Below, one piece after another: positions 26,976 through 35,920 of a stretch of DNA of 64,000 bases. Source of the stretch: Candidatus Latescibacterota bacterium. GTDB lineage: Bacteria; Latescibacterota; UBA2968. Under the pieces are notes generated by a model. It was not told the DNA's origin, ran no database searches, and saw nothing but the letters and a program-made list of their open reading frames with translations. A program made the translations under genes and the position numbers. The DNA lies in the NCBI GenBank assembly GCA_965116885.1, contig OZ220741.1, positions 64,001-128,000 on the forward strand, in the 5' to 3' direction. Numbering within the stretch: position 1 is the stretch's first letter; every line of letters starts with the position of its first letter.

Positions 26976-27818
26976 TTATCCTGACAGACTCCATATCTCA
27001 GCCGCGGTCCCGCCCAGAATGCGTTCTATATCCCCATCCGTCAGAAAGGGCAACCCCTCGCGAATAAGGCGAAGCTCATCAGCAAGCGTGGGCCACTTGT
27101 GTCTGACCCGATGATACCCGGGATACCCAGTCCCCCAGACCGTACGCTGAGCAGTAAAAACCCCCAGCGCCGCCTCAATATACGGATGCACATCTTCGTA
27201 CGGATGGACTCTTTGCGAACGACCAGCCACATCCGAGAGTTTAAAAAACACATTGTCAAAACGCGCCAGATCCAGAACCGGCTGATAATCGGCAAGCGGA
27301 CGATCTATTTGCGGGTACCCCATATGGTCTAAAATAAGAACAGTCTCCGGACACCGCTGCGCAATAGCAGCGACCTGATCCGCATCCTCGGGCCGCAAAT
27401 GAAACTGGACAACAGCATTGAGCGCCGCAATCTCTTCCCACATCGGACCATTCTGCTCCGTAAGCAGAATCTTCTCATCGGGATAGTACATCGGATGCAA
27501 ACGGAACCCAACCAGACCGCGCTCCCGGATCCAGTAGCGCACCTGCTCGGCATTGTCGGGATCCTGGGGATCAATAAGGCCATGCCCGACAAACCGATCC
27601 GGATACCGAACAACCGAGTCCGCAATATAACCGTTATCCCATGTGGACCAGCTCGTCTGCACAAGCACCGTCCAATCCACCCCTTCGGCATCCATATCAG
27701 CCAAAAGTTCCTCAGCAGTACCCGGCTCATCCGGATAGCTATTCCACGTCGGCGCAGTGGGACCAACCGGATACTTATCCGAAATTTCCCAGATATGAAC
27801 GTGCGTATCTACAATCAT
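26976..27818 (-). CDS. Amidohydrolase_2 family protein
   Basis: IVDTHVHIW, ILDHMG, FKLS, WGTGYP. Confidence 0.88.
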   Translation of the reverse strand: MIVDTHVHIWEISDKYPVGPTAPTWNSYPDEPGTAEELLADMDAEGVDWTVLVQTSWSTWDNGYIADSVVRYPDRFVGHGLIDPQDPDNAEQVRYWIRERGLVGFRLHPMYYPDEKILLTEQNGPMWEEIAALNAVVQFHLRPEDADQVAAIAQRCPETVLILDHMGYPQIDRPLADYQPVLDLARFDNVFFKLSDVAGRSQRVHPYEDVHPYIEAALGVFTAQRTVWGTGYPGYHRVRHKWPTLADELRLIREGLPFLTDGDIERILGGTAAEIWSLSG

Positions 27819-27831
27819 AAATAAGTCCTAT

Positions 27832-27861
27832 AAGAAACAAAAGCCCGATAGAATCGGGCTT
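27832..27861 (-). terminator. Intrinsic terminator downstream of the Rpn gene
   Basis: AAGCCCGAT-AGA-ATCGGGCTT stem with a T tract on the minus strand. Confidence 0.7.
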
Positions 27862-27904
27862 ATTCATATAGTTTGCGGGATGTGCATAATTCCATATAAT
27901 CGCG

Positions 27905-28153
27905 TCACGCATCCAACGCTTGCTCAAATGCCTCAAGGCTGGGCACCTGGATCGCTGCACGATGCAACTGCTTGAGACGTTGCAAATCGTCAATCGCGGC
28001 AATGCAAGCAGATAAAGGGTGCGCTTCGCTCAGATCAAATCGAATCTCCAACACTTCGAGGATATCTTCGAGCGTGCTTTTTCTTTCGCCCTGCTCAATG
28101 CCCTGCTTCATAATGTATTGTGCAAACGACGATTCGCGCATGATTGCGTCCAT
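27905..28153 (-). CDS. Putative internally translated small C-terminal Rpn protein (RpnS-like, 82 aa)
   Basis: AGGAGG (28164-28159) lies 5 nt before an in-frame ATG (MDAIMRESSFAQY...). Confidence 0.6.
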   Translation of the reverse strand: MDAIMRESSFAQYIMKQGIEQGERKSTLEDILEVLEIRFDLSEAHPLSACIAAIDDLQRLKQLHRAAIQVPSLEAFEQALDA

Positions 28154-28786
28154 AAGCCCCTCCTGTAAGAGAATGCGATTGATCAGTGTCTGATCATACG
28201 CTAACCCACTCAATATCATCATCCTGCCTAAAATGTCAACCTTTATTGATTTATCCACCCGCAGTGCATTCGCGGCGTCAACACAGTGGCGAAACCACGC
28301 ATCCGAGTCCATCCTATCAGGACGTTTCATCAAGGTGGTAAACGGAAACAAGCCCGAAGGCCCGCCATCAAGAATATCCTGTCCCTCTATCTCACTCAGC
28401 CGAACCACTGTGTATTCTATCACAACGGGACGGCCGGATATTTCCTGAACAAAGTACCCTGGATCGCGCCGACCTGCACTGCGCCGCAAGTAGATCACAC
28501 TCGAATAAATCGGCAGGTTGTGCTGCTCAATCGCACGTATCATATAGCCCGCCATGCGGAGCGGCATAGAGGGATCGTCAGTCGTTTGAAACTCCGTATG
28601 GATCAATGTCTCCTTGCCCGCAATATGGACGCGGATAAGGCTATCGGTATGTCGTATTTCAACCGTGTTTTGCTCTGTGTCGAGTATGTCCAGGACTTCT
28701 ACATCGTCCTGTTCAAGTGTGAGGCGGATAAAGTCTTTGGGATAGGTCTGAATCAGATCTTTGGAGACAGAATCATATTCGGCCAT
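27905..28786 (-). CDS. Rpn/YhgA-like PD-(D/E)XK family protein (recombination-promoting nuclease / putative transposase family)
   Basis: YDSVSKDL, RHTDSL, LIHTEFQT, MPLRMAGY, SVIYL; C-terminal QGIEQGE...LEIRF...DLQRLKQLH. Confidence 0.85.
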   Translation of the reverse strand: MAEYDSVSKDLIQTYPKDFIRLTLEQDDVEVLDILDTEQNTVEIRHTDSLIRVHIAGKETLIHTEFQTTDDPSMPLRMAGYMIRAIEQHNLPIYSSVIYLRRSAGRRDPGYFVQEISGRPVVIEYTVVRLSEIEGQDILDGGPSGLFPFTTLMKRPDRMDSDAWFRHCVDAANALRVDKSIKVDILGRMMILSGLAYDQTLINRILLQEGLMDAIMRESSFAQYIMKQGIEQGERKSTLEDILEVLEIRFDLSEAHPLSACIAAIDDLQRLKQLHRAAIQVPSLEAFEQALDA

Positions 28787-29095
28787 GAGGGATGCCCAGG
28801 GTCTGATGGGTGAATTTGATCAGACACAAAGCAAATATCAGGCCAACATCACAGAAATTGAGCGATACATTGTATGGACAGAAACTCAAGTACCCTCATC
28901 AGGCTTTTAATATACTGTATTGCGCCCTTACCTTAAATATACGGATCGCATCTGGAGGCACATACAAACGGAACGCGCCGGGATACAAAAGTGTACGTTT
29001 TGATCCATGAATGATGGGATTCGTGAAAGATTTTTACATTTGGGAAAAAGGGACTAAACCTTGTTTTAAAAAGTGATTCCGTAAGGGACATCACC

Positions 29096-30007
29096 CTATT
29101 CAAGGTAATTTCCTTTAAACACCTCTTTAACATGCCAACCTATGAAACTCGCATTCGGATAAAAGGACACCCTTTGAGGAAAGTTGATTTTTTTACCGTG
29201 AAATCTCAGAAGCCATTCTTTAAAACCCACTGAACCGCAAGCATCCTTCGATACCCGTATTTCTAATTGCTCTAACAGCGCAAACGCCCCACGGTCAAAT
29301 AGCTTATGATGTAGCGAACATAGAGCCAATCCATTTACTTCTATATCGGGACCACCCGCCTGATGCCATTTGATATGGGCAGCTTCTAATCCAACGGGTT
29401 TGTCGCCTAATTTTACATCAAAACCACAGATAGCACATTTATACTCATAGGCTTTCAGTATATTTGTCCGGAAGTGAGGGGAACGCTTTCGCGCCTTAGA
29501 AATCTGGGGAGCAAACACAATTTCCGTGACCTGTAAAATGTCTTCAATTCCAGCAGCCTGTAAAATATCTTCATGAATCGAAGCAGGAAAATGAGCGTAT
29601 AGCAAGCCATGAATTATTTCAGACGCCAGTTTAGAATCATGTTGAAGCTGCTGGGCAATAGCTTCGAGAAAACCACCAGAAACATTGTAACTATCAAGAT
29701 CCCCTTTTAAGGCATCGCCACTTTTTGTTAGTCCAATCTTGTCGGCATCAGATACTTCCCAAACGCTATCTTTGCGGAGCCGCCAAAATGGATATTCTGT
29801 TCGATAATTAGCTCGTTTGGGGCCAAACTCTCTCAGTAATTCTTCAAGATCCCTGTCTATTTCGGAGTAGGGAATCAGTCGGCGGTTATCTTGTCGCAAT
29901 TTTCCAATTGCATAGAGAACCAGTAAAGGTTTGTGAGGTGCTCTTTCTCCACTTCTTTTCCATATATTCAAATTCGCGAATTTCTGAAGAATTAATTTCC
30001 TATTCAT
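29096..30007 (-). CDS. SBD-HNH phosphorothioate-dependent (type IV) restriction endonuclease-like protein
   Basis: RAPHKPLLVLYA and YPFWRL (sulfur-binding-domain motifs); YEYKCAICG, LEAAHIKW, NGLALCSLHHKLFDRG (HNH); AT-rich. Confidence 0.85.
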   Translation of the reverse strand: MNRKLILQKFANLNIWKRSGERAPHKPLLVLYAIGKLRQDNRRLIPYSEIDRDLEELLREFGPKRANYRTEYPFWRLRKDSVWEVSDADKIGLTKSGDALKGDLDSYNVSGGFLEAIAQQLQHDSKLASEIIHGLLYAHFPASIHEDILQAAGIEDILQVTEIVFAPQISKARKRSPHFRTNILKAYEYKCAICGFDVKLGDKPVGLEAAHIKWHQAGGPDIEVNGLALCSLHHKLFDRGAFALLEQLEIRVSKDACGSVGFKEWLLRFHGKKINFPQRVSFYPNASFIGWHVKEVFKGNYLE

Positions 30008-30211
30008 TTTGTACGCTCTTTTGTTTGGGAGAATCTGAATGTGGTAGTTGCTGAGTCATAAAGGTTCAATCCAATTAGCAAATCGGCGAATCTCCTCCGC
30101 TTCATCAGAAGTAAATAAAATTTGCCGACCGCGACACCGATGCACGGCAGGCACTAATCAATATACTCAAGGGGTTGAGATTCCACAAATTGGCAGGCAG
30201 ACCCACATAAC

Positions 30212-30254
30212 AAAAGCCCGATGAATAACTGGATCCACCGGGCTTTTTTATTTT
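30212..30254. terminator. Intrinsic terminator downstream of the MacB-type permease
   Basis: AAAAGCCCG...CGGGCTTTT stem with A/T tracts on both sides. Confidence 0.65.
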
Positions 30255-30266
30255 CATTATACCAAC

Positions 30267-32702
30267 CTATTCATGCCGTAACACTTCCACCGGATTGGAC
30301 AGCGCCGCGCGAAGGGCGTGAAAACTCACAGTAAACAACGCAATCGCCAGGGCAACCGCGCCACTCAACACAAATACCCACCACGAAAGATCCGTGCGAT
30401 ATTCAAAGCCGTCCAGCCAACTTCGCATCGCAAAATACGCAACCGGCCAGGCAAACAGATTTGCAATCAAAACCATAATCGCAAATGTCCTGGAAACCAA
30501 AATCACAATATTTGACACACTCGCACCCAACACCTTGCGCACCCCAATCTCTTTCACCCGCTGCTCAACCGTAAATGCCGCAAGACCAAAAAGCCCCATA
30601 CACGCGAGCAAAATCGCCATCCCCGAAGAGAGCAATGTCAGCGCCTGCGCCCGCTGTTCTGCAGAGTACATATATTCAAACTGCTGATCCCACATCATAT
30701 ATTCAAAAGGCTGATCTGCGGGAGCGAATTGCTTCCAGGTCTTTTCAAAAAAAGCGAGCGTCTCTTCCATGTTTTCGGCTTTGGCGCGTACGCCCAAGCT
30801 GTAAAACTGCTGGTGCCGAAGCGTCAGTGCAATGGGGCCAATTTTTTCGTGCAACGGACTATAGTGAAAGTCCTGCACAACGCCAATCACCGTTCCCTTC
30901 CGATTTATCCCCCGATCAACCCACTCAAAAGACTTGCCAATAGGATCGTCCCAGCCGAGCCGCGCAACCGCCGTTTCATTGATAATAAAGGCTTTTGACG
31001 TATCTGTGGGAAATGCCATCGGATCAAATTTTCGTCCTTCTACCAGTCCAATTTGAAACACATCGAGATAATCTTCATCGACCTCCAGAAGGGGCATACG
31101 CCAGTCCGTGCCCTCGTGTCCCTCTGCCCGAATGGTCCGGATAATCCCCCCACTCCATCCAACCCGCCAGCGATAAGCCGTTGCTTCGAGCGCGTTCGGA
31201 TGGTCGAGAAATGCCTGTTTCACTGTGGCATAACGGGCGGCGAGCTTTTGCCCCGGATCCAATTTTGTTTCCTGATCGAGAACAAAGATGGGCATGAGAA
31301 CCATCTGCTCCATATTAAAACCCAGATTCTTGTTTTTAATATAGTCGAGTTGCTGATAGATCACCCCCGTACTCGCAATTAGAGTAATTGAAATTGCAAA
31401 TTGGGCCACCACCAATCCCCTTCGAATCCACTGCCCTTGAGAACCCGCGCGAAACGCCCCCTTTAGCGTTTCAGTCGGTTCATACGCAGAAAGAAAAAAT
31501 GCGGGATAGACACCAGCCAACAGCCCGACGAATACAGCAATACCGAGCAAAGCAATTATAAACAAGGGATCGCTCGAAAAATTCAACTCAATCTGCTTGG
31601 AGAAAAAGGCATTAAACTCGGGAAGCACGAACTTAACAGCAACAAGCGCGAGCACAAGCGCGACCAATGCCGTGAGAACAGACTCGCCCAAAAACTGACC
31701 CATCAGTTGTGAGCGATACGCTCCCGACACCTTTCGCAAACCCACCTCGTGCGCCCTGCGAGCCGATTGCGCCGTCGTCAAATTCGTGAAATTAATACAT
31801 CCAATCGCAAGCACCAGAACCGCAATGGCCCCAAATTGATACACGCGGTCAATATCGCCGTACCAATCCAGACCGTAATCCTGTCTCGAATAGAGATAAA
31901 TGCGTTTGAGAGGCTGGAGATGATACGCATTTGTGCGTGCGATCTCTGCCCCCATATAGCGATCAATCAATTCGGGAAATTTTGCGGACAGCGCCTTTGG
32001 ATCCGCCCCTTCTCGCAGCAGAAAATACGTATTGACGGGACGCCAGCCAGTGGTTGGTTGCCAATTTTCCCAGAGATATTTTGCGCCTCCGGACGTAAAT
32101 CCACCTGTTGAAACATAATCGAATTGCAGTGTAGAATTGTGGGGCACATCTTTTAATACCGCTGTGATGGTGCGCTCGCCTCCGTGGTGATTGCTCTCAG
32201 CGGTGATGGTCTTGCCAATCGGATCTTCGTCTCCAAACAACCGTTTTGCCGCCGATTCTGTTATCGCGATCGCATTGGGATTGGGAAATGCCGTTTCGAG
32301 ATTGCCGCGCACAAATGGAAAATCGAAAATTTCAAACAACTCGGGATCGGCAACACAGACACCCATCTCAAACTTTTTTTTCTTTAAACGCACATCTGGG
32401 AACAACAACATCACGCGCACGGCTTTTTCTACTTCGGGAAAGTCCCGCTCAAGCGCTCCTGCCAGCGCACCCGACGTATATGGTAGATAATCCGATTGCC
32501 CTCCGGCTCTGGTCTCCCGGATAACCTGATAGATCCGATCTCCTTTTGCATGCCAGCTATCAAAACTCAACTCATCCTGAATATAGAGCACGATCAAAAT
32601 GCACGTACCCAGACCAATGGCAAGCCCCAAAATATTGATGGCACTAAAGGTCTTTTGCCGCTTGAGATTTCTCAGCGCGATAATCAGATAATTTCTAAAC
32701 AC
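30267..32702 (-). CDS. MacB/FtsX-family ABC permease (duplicated MacB-PCD + FtsX architecture)
   Basis: Likely GTG start (FRNYLIIALRNL); INILGLAIG, INFTNL...RAHEVGLRKVSGA, KEIGVRKVLGAS, NPVEVLRHE. Confidence 0.92.
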   Translation of the reverse strand: MFRNYLIIALRNLKRQKTFSAINILGLAIGLGTCILIVLYIQDELSFDSWHAKGDRIYQVIRETRAGGQSDYLPYTSGALAGALERDFPEVEKAVRVMLLFPDVRLKKKKFEMGVCVADPELFEIFDFPFVRGNLETAFPNPNAIAITESAAKRLFGDEDPIGKTITAESNHHGGERTITAVLKDVPHNSTLQFDYVSTGGFTSGGAKYLWENWQPTTGWRPVNTYFLLREGADPKALSAKFPELIDRYMGAEIARTNAYHLQPLKRIYLYSRQDYGLDWYGDIDRVYQFGAIAVLVLAIGCINFTNLTTAQSARRAHEVGLRKVSGAYRSQLMGQFLGESVLTALVALVLALVAVKFVLPEFNAFFSKQIELNFSSDPLFIIALLGIAVFVGLLAGVYPAFFLSAYEPTETLKGAFRAGSQGQWIRRGLVVAQFAISITLIASTGVIYQQLDYIKNKNLGFNMEQMVLMPIFVLDQETKLDPGQKLAARYATVKQAFLDHPNALEATAYRWRVGWSGGIIRTIRAEGHEGTDWRMPLLEVDEDYLDVFQIGLVEGRKFDPMAFPTDTSKAFIINETAVARLGWDDPIGKSFEWVDRGINRKGTVIGVVQDFHYSPLHEKIGPIALTLRHQQFYSLGVRAKAENMEETLAFFEKTWKQFAPADQPFEYMMWDQQFEYMYSAEQRAQALTLLSSGMAILLACMGLFGLAAFTVEQRVKEIGVRKVLGASVSNIVILVSRTFAIMVLIANLFAWPVAYFAMRSWLDGFEYRTDLSWWVFVLSGAVALAIALFTVSFHALRAALSNPVEVLRHE

Positions 32703-32774
32703 AATAACCCTTCCCGCAACAAGAGACAAACCTGATAAATAATTGGGTGGAAAGTTTTCCACCCCAAAAAGAAA

Positions 32775-32789
32775 GCAATTTCTATGCCA
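32775..32789 (-). promoter_or_regulatory. Sigma-54 (-24/-12) promoter for the MacB-type permease
   Basis: Minus strand reads TGGCATAGAAATTGC, about 70 bp upstream of the start. Confidence 0.8.
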
Positions 32790-32865
32790 AAATTCTCTTC
32801 TCTATATTTTACAATTAGTTATGAAAATATGCCTGCTGTATTATCCGTTTTAAACCACACAACAT

Positions 32866-33664
32866 TCAAATCACCAACCGCTTCATCTCGTGCTTCTTAG
32901 CGAAATACACATTATTCCCCATCACAGGACCGGGGACTTGGAAGGCGTCTTCTTCCTCGTACAAAGGCGTAATAGCGCGGTGGGCTGGATCGAATTCATA
33001 AAAAGATGCAGTCGTAAAACCGTATAGCTTCCCATCGGGTCCGTTCTGAAGACCCAGATCCAGCGGACGATCATCTAATGGAATCGCACAGAGAAACGCC
33101 CGTGAAACAGGATCAAACGCAAACAGAACAGGACCCCCATCGCCCAGAGCCGTACCGTAAAGCAAACCATCCTCACCCACCACAAGCGCATTAATCGCTG
33201 AAATCCGCCTATCAAGCGTCCCCTCCCACACCTTCTCTTCCCGTTCATAATCCCACAAAAACAACACCGCCTGAGAAACCCGCGGACGGGTACCGGACCC
33301 GCCGTTAATCGTCGTCCCCACCGCGAGCAAATCCTGGCGAGACAGCCATGCCAGCGACCAGCTACTCGCCTCCCCGGCGATATCGCGGTAAGACCCAAAC
33401 TGCTCCGTACCCGGATCGAACCACGACAACGGACCACCCCACAAACCGTAATCCGGAACAGACGCAATCCACACCCGCGCCACCGGACATCGTCGGTAGC
33501 GGTTCAGACTCGGGAAGCGACGCCACCTTCACCACCATAAAACCATCTGCCTGCTGGCCCATCACAGCCACCAGACAATCGCGGTCCTCTGCATCCAGCG
33601 TTGGGAAAATACGCACCCAATTGACACTGCGGATCGGCACGCCAAGAGTATGGACAGAAGACAT
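32866..33664 (-). pseudogene. Probable disrupted beta-propeller-like protein (frameshifted, possibly internally deleted)
   Basis: N-terminal piece MSSVHTLGVPIRSVNW... (start 33664) is out of frame with the C-terminal piece RVWIASVPDYGLWGGPL...DGLLYG...GPDGKLYG (33483-32866). Confidence 0.55.
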
Positions 33665-33718
33665 ATTTACATTCCAAAAAAATATGGGATGACCCGTTTT
33701 TGGATCACCCCACAGAAA

Positions 33719-35914
33719 TCAAAACTGATATTCCCGCTTAGTCCTCGGCTTTTTCGGTTGACTGGGCGAGGGCAAAGACTGCGGATTCGACGTATGGATG
33801 TGACACGGGTGTTTGGGTTCAGTACCCGGCTTAAACACCTCGGTATAGCGCTTAGAACAATAAATAGACGCCACCTCATAAGTCTCCCCACAAACCTCCA
33901 CCTTTGGAATATCCTCTGGCAGCACAAAATCTTCAACCGGCAGCCTCAGCATGGCATGGGCACGCTGCATAAACTCCGCCCAAATCGGCAACGCCACAGC
34001 CGCACCCGACATTCTGCTCCCCATCGACACCTTGGAATCAAACCCCACCCAAACCCCACACACAATCTGCGGCGTAAACCCGATAAACCACGCATCGGCA
34101 TACTCCTGCGTCGTACCCGTCTTCCCCGCGGCGGGACGACGAAATCCATAAGCCGTACGCGCACTCCACCCGGTACCCGTCAAAACCGCGTAATTTTCCC
34201 CCGCCCGCATATCCAGAATCGACTGCATCAGATTCACTGTCACAGCCGCAGTCTCCTCACTCAACACAACCTGTTCGCGCCCCTGCACATTCTCCTCGAG
34301 CACATTGCCATTCTTATCCTCAATCTTCAAAATCGACATCGGCACCACGCGAATACCCTTATTCGCCAGCGTACCATAAGCCGACACCAATTCCAACAAC
34401 TTGACCTCACTCGTCCCCATCCCCAAAGACAAAACCGGTTGAATCTGCGAATCAATACCCATCTTCATCGCGTAATCCACCACCGTCTTCGGTCCTACCG
34501 CTCGCAACACCTGAGTCGTCACCACATTGCGAGAACCCGCAAGCCCCTCGCGCATCGTCATCCACCCCAAAAATTTTCGGTCGTAATTCTCCGGCTGCCA
34601 ATACGTCCCGTCATACATCTCAACCGACACAGCCGTATCGGGCAACCGCCACGTCGGCGTATGGCCCTTATCAACCGCAGCTGTATAAATAAAAGGCTTA
34701 AAAGCAGACCCCGGCTGACGCATAGCCTGCGTTGCGCGATTGAACTTACTCTCTTCAAAATTGCGCCCGCCCACCAGCGCCAAAACATGTCCCGTATGCG
34801 GATCCAGCGCCACCAGCGCCCCCTGCAACACCAGATTGGCCAGCGTATCCTGATGCGTCTTAATCTTCGCAAAAAACGCCGCCCCCGGGGGATCGCGCTT
34901 CCATTTGTCAGCCACGCGATCTTTTAGCGCCATCAATTTTTCCGACACCACATCCTCTGCAATCTCCTGCAACCGACTATCCAGCGTCGTAGTAACAGTC
35001 GCGCCATCGTAAAGTACACTCAGACCATAGGTATGCTCCAAATACTTGCGGATATCCTCTGTAAAATAAGGGGCTTCTCCCGTCTCCTCGCGATTCTCCT
35101 TCAAAACAATTGGACGCTGGGCAGTCGAATCGTATTCTGCCGCCGTAATCTTGCCCGACCCCCGCAAATTGTACAATACCACATTATTGCGCCTATCCAG
35201 CGACCGCTCGGGATGATAAATCGGCGAATAGGGCATCGGCCCCTTCAAAAGCCCGACCAACAACGCCCCCTCATCCAGCGTCAAACTTTCGACATTCTTC
35301 CCAAAAAAACGACGCGCAGCAGTCTGAATACCATAAGCACTATTGCCAAAATACATCTGATTAAAATACATCGTAATAATCTCACGCTTGGTATAGGTGC
35401 GCTCCAAAAGCACGGCGGTCAACTGCTCCTGAATTTTGCGCGTCCACGTTGGATCCAGCGTCAGAAAAATATTGCGCGCCAGTTGTTGTGTCAGCGTACT
35501 CGCACCGTGCCCTTTTAAGGTACCCGACGTATAAACATTGCGGAACACCACGCGAATAATATCGGGGACACTCACACCCCAATGCCCCCAAAAACGCTGA
35601 TCTTCTGTGACAATCAGAGCGTCAATCACAGCACGCGGCAATTGCTCAAACGCGATGGGATCGCGTCTCTGCACCCAGAACTTTTTCAACTCCACCCCAT
35701 CTCGGGAAAAAATATTAGTCGTCTGTGCGGGATCCACATCCTCCAGCTTGTCAAAAGACGGCAAGCCATCTTTGTACCCATAAATCACCGCAACAGCAAT
35801 GCCCAAATACCCCACCGCGCAAATCGCACAATAGATCGCCATACGGGAAAGATGGGGCCTTATCCCGTAGATATAAGGTTTCAGGCGATCAATATATGGT
35901 TTTATCCTATCCAT
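33719..35914 (-). CDS. Penicillin-binding protein 1A family (class A PBP)
   Basis: EDQRFWGH, GASTLTQQLARN, RKIQE (transglycosylase); SAFK, SRN, KTG (transpeptidase). Confidence 0.95.
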   Translation of the reverse strand: MDRIKPYIDRLKPYIYGIRPHLSRMAIYCAICAVGYLGIAVAVIYGYKDGLPSFDKLEDVDPAQTTNIFSRDGVELKKFWVQRRDPIAFEQLPRAVIDALIVTEDQRFWGHWGVSVPDIIRVVFRNVYTSGTLKGHGASTLTQQLARNIFLTLDPTWTRKIQEQLTAVLLERTYTKREIITMYFNQMYFGNSAYGIQTAARRFFGKNVESLTLDEGALLVGLLKGPMPYSPIYHPERSLDRRNNVVLYNLRGSGKITAAEYDSTAQRPIVLKENREETGEAPYFTEDIRKYLEHTYGLSVLYDGATVTTTLDSRLQEIAEDVVSEKLMALKDRVADKWKRDPPGAAFFAKIKTHQDTLANLVLQGALVALDPHTGHVLALVGGRNFEESKFNRATQAMRQPGSAFKPFIYTAAVDKGHTPTWRLPDTAVSVEMYDGTYWQPENYDRKFLGWMTMREGLAGSRNVVTTQVLRAVGPKTVVDYAMKMGIDSQIQPVLSLGMGTSEVKLLELVSAYGTLANKGIRVVPMSILKIEDKNGNVLEENVQGREQVVLSEETAAVTVNLMQSILDMRAGENYAVLTGTGWSARTAYGFRRPAAGKTGTTQEYADAWFIGFTPQIVCGVWVGFDSKVSMGSRMSGAAVALPIWAEFMQRAHAMLRLPVEDFVLPEDIPKVEVCGETYEVASIYCSKRYTEVFKPGTEPKHPCHIHTSNPQSLPSPSQPKKPRTKREYQF

Positions 35915-35920
35915 CCTGAT

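Noticed and set aside
27905..28786. Calling the Rpn gene an IS transposase / mobile element
   Set aside because: No terminal inverted repeats or DDE/HUH motifs; the family is a PD-(D/E)XK nuclease.
28810..29095. Short ORFs or possible gene remnant between the Rpn and HNH genes (similarly 30050-30160)
   Set aside because: No recognisable motif or RBS; cannot be supported without a search.
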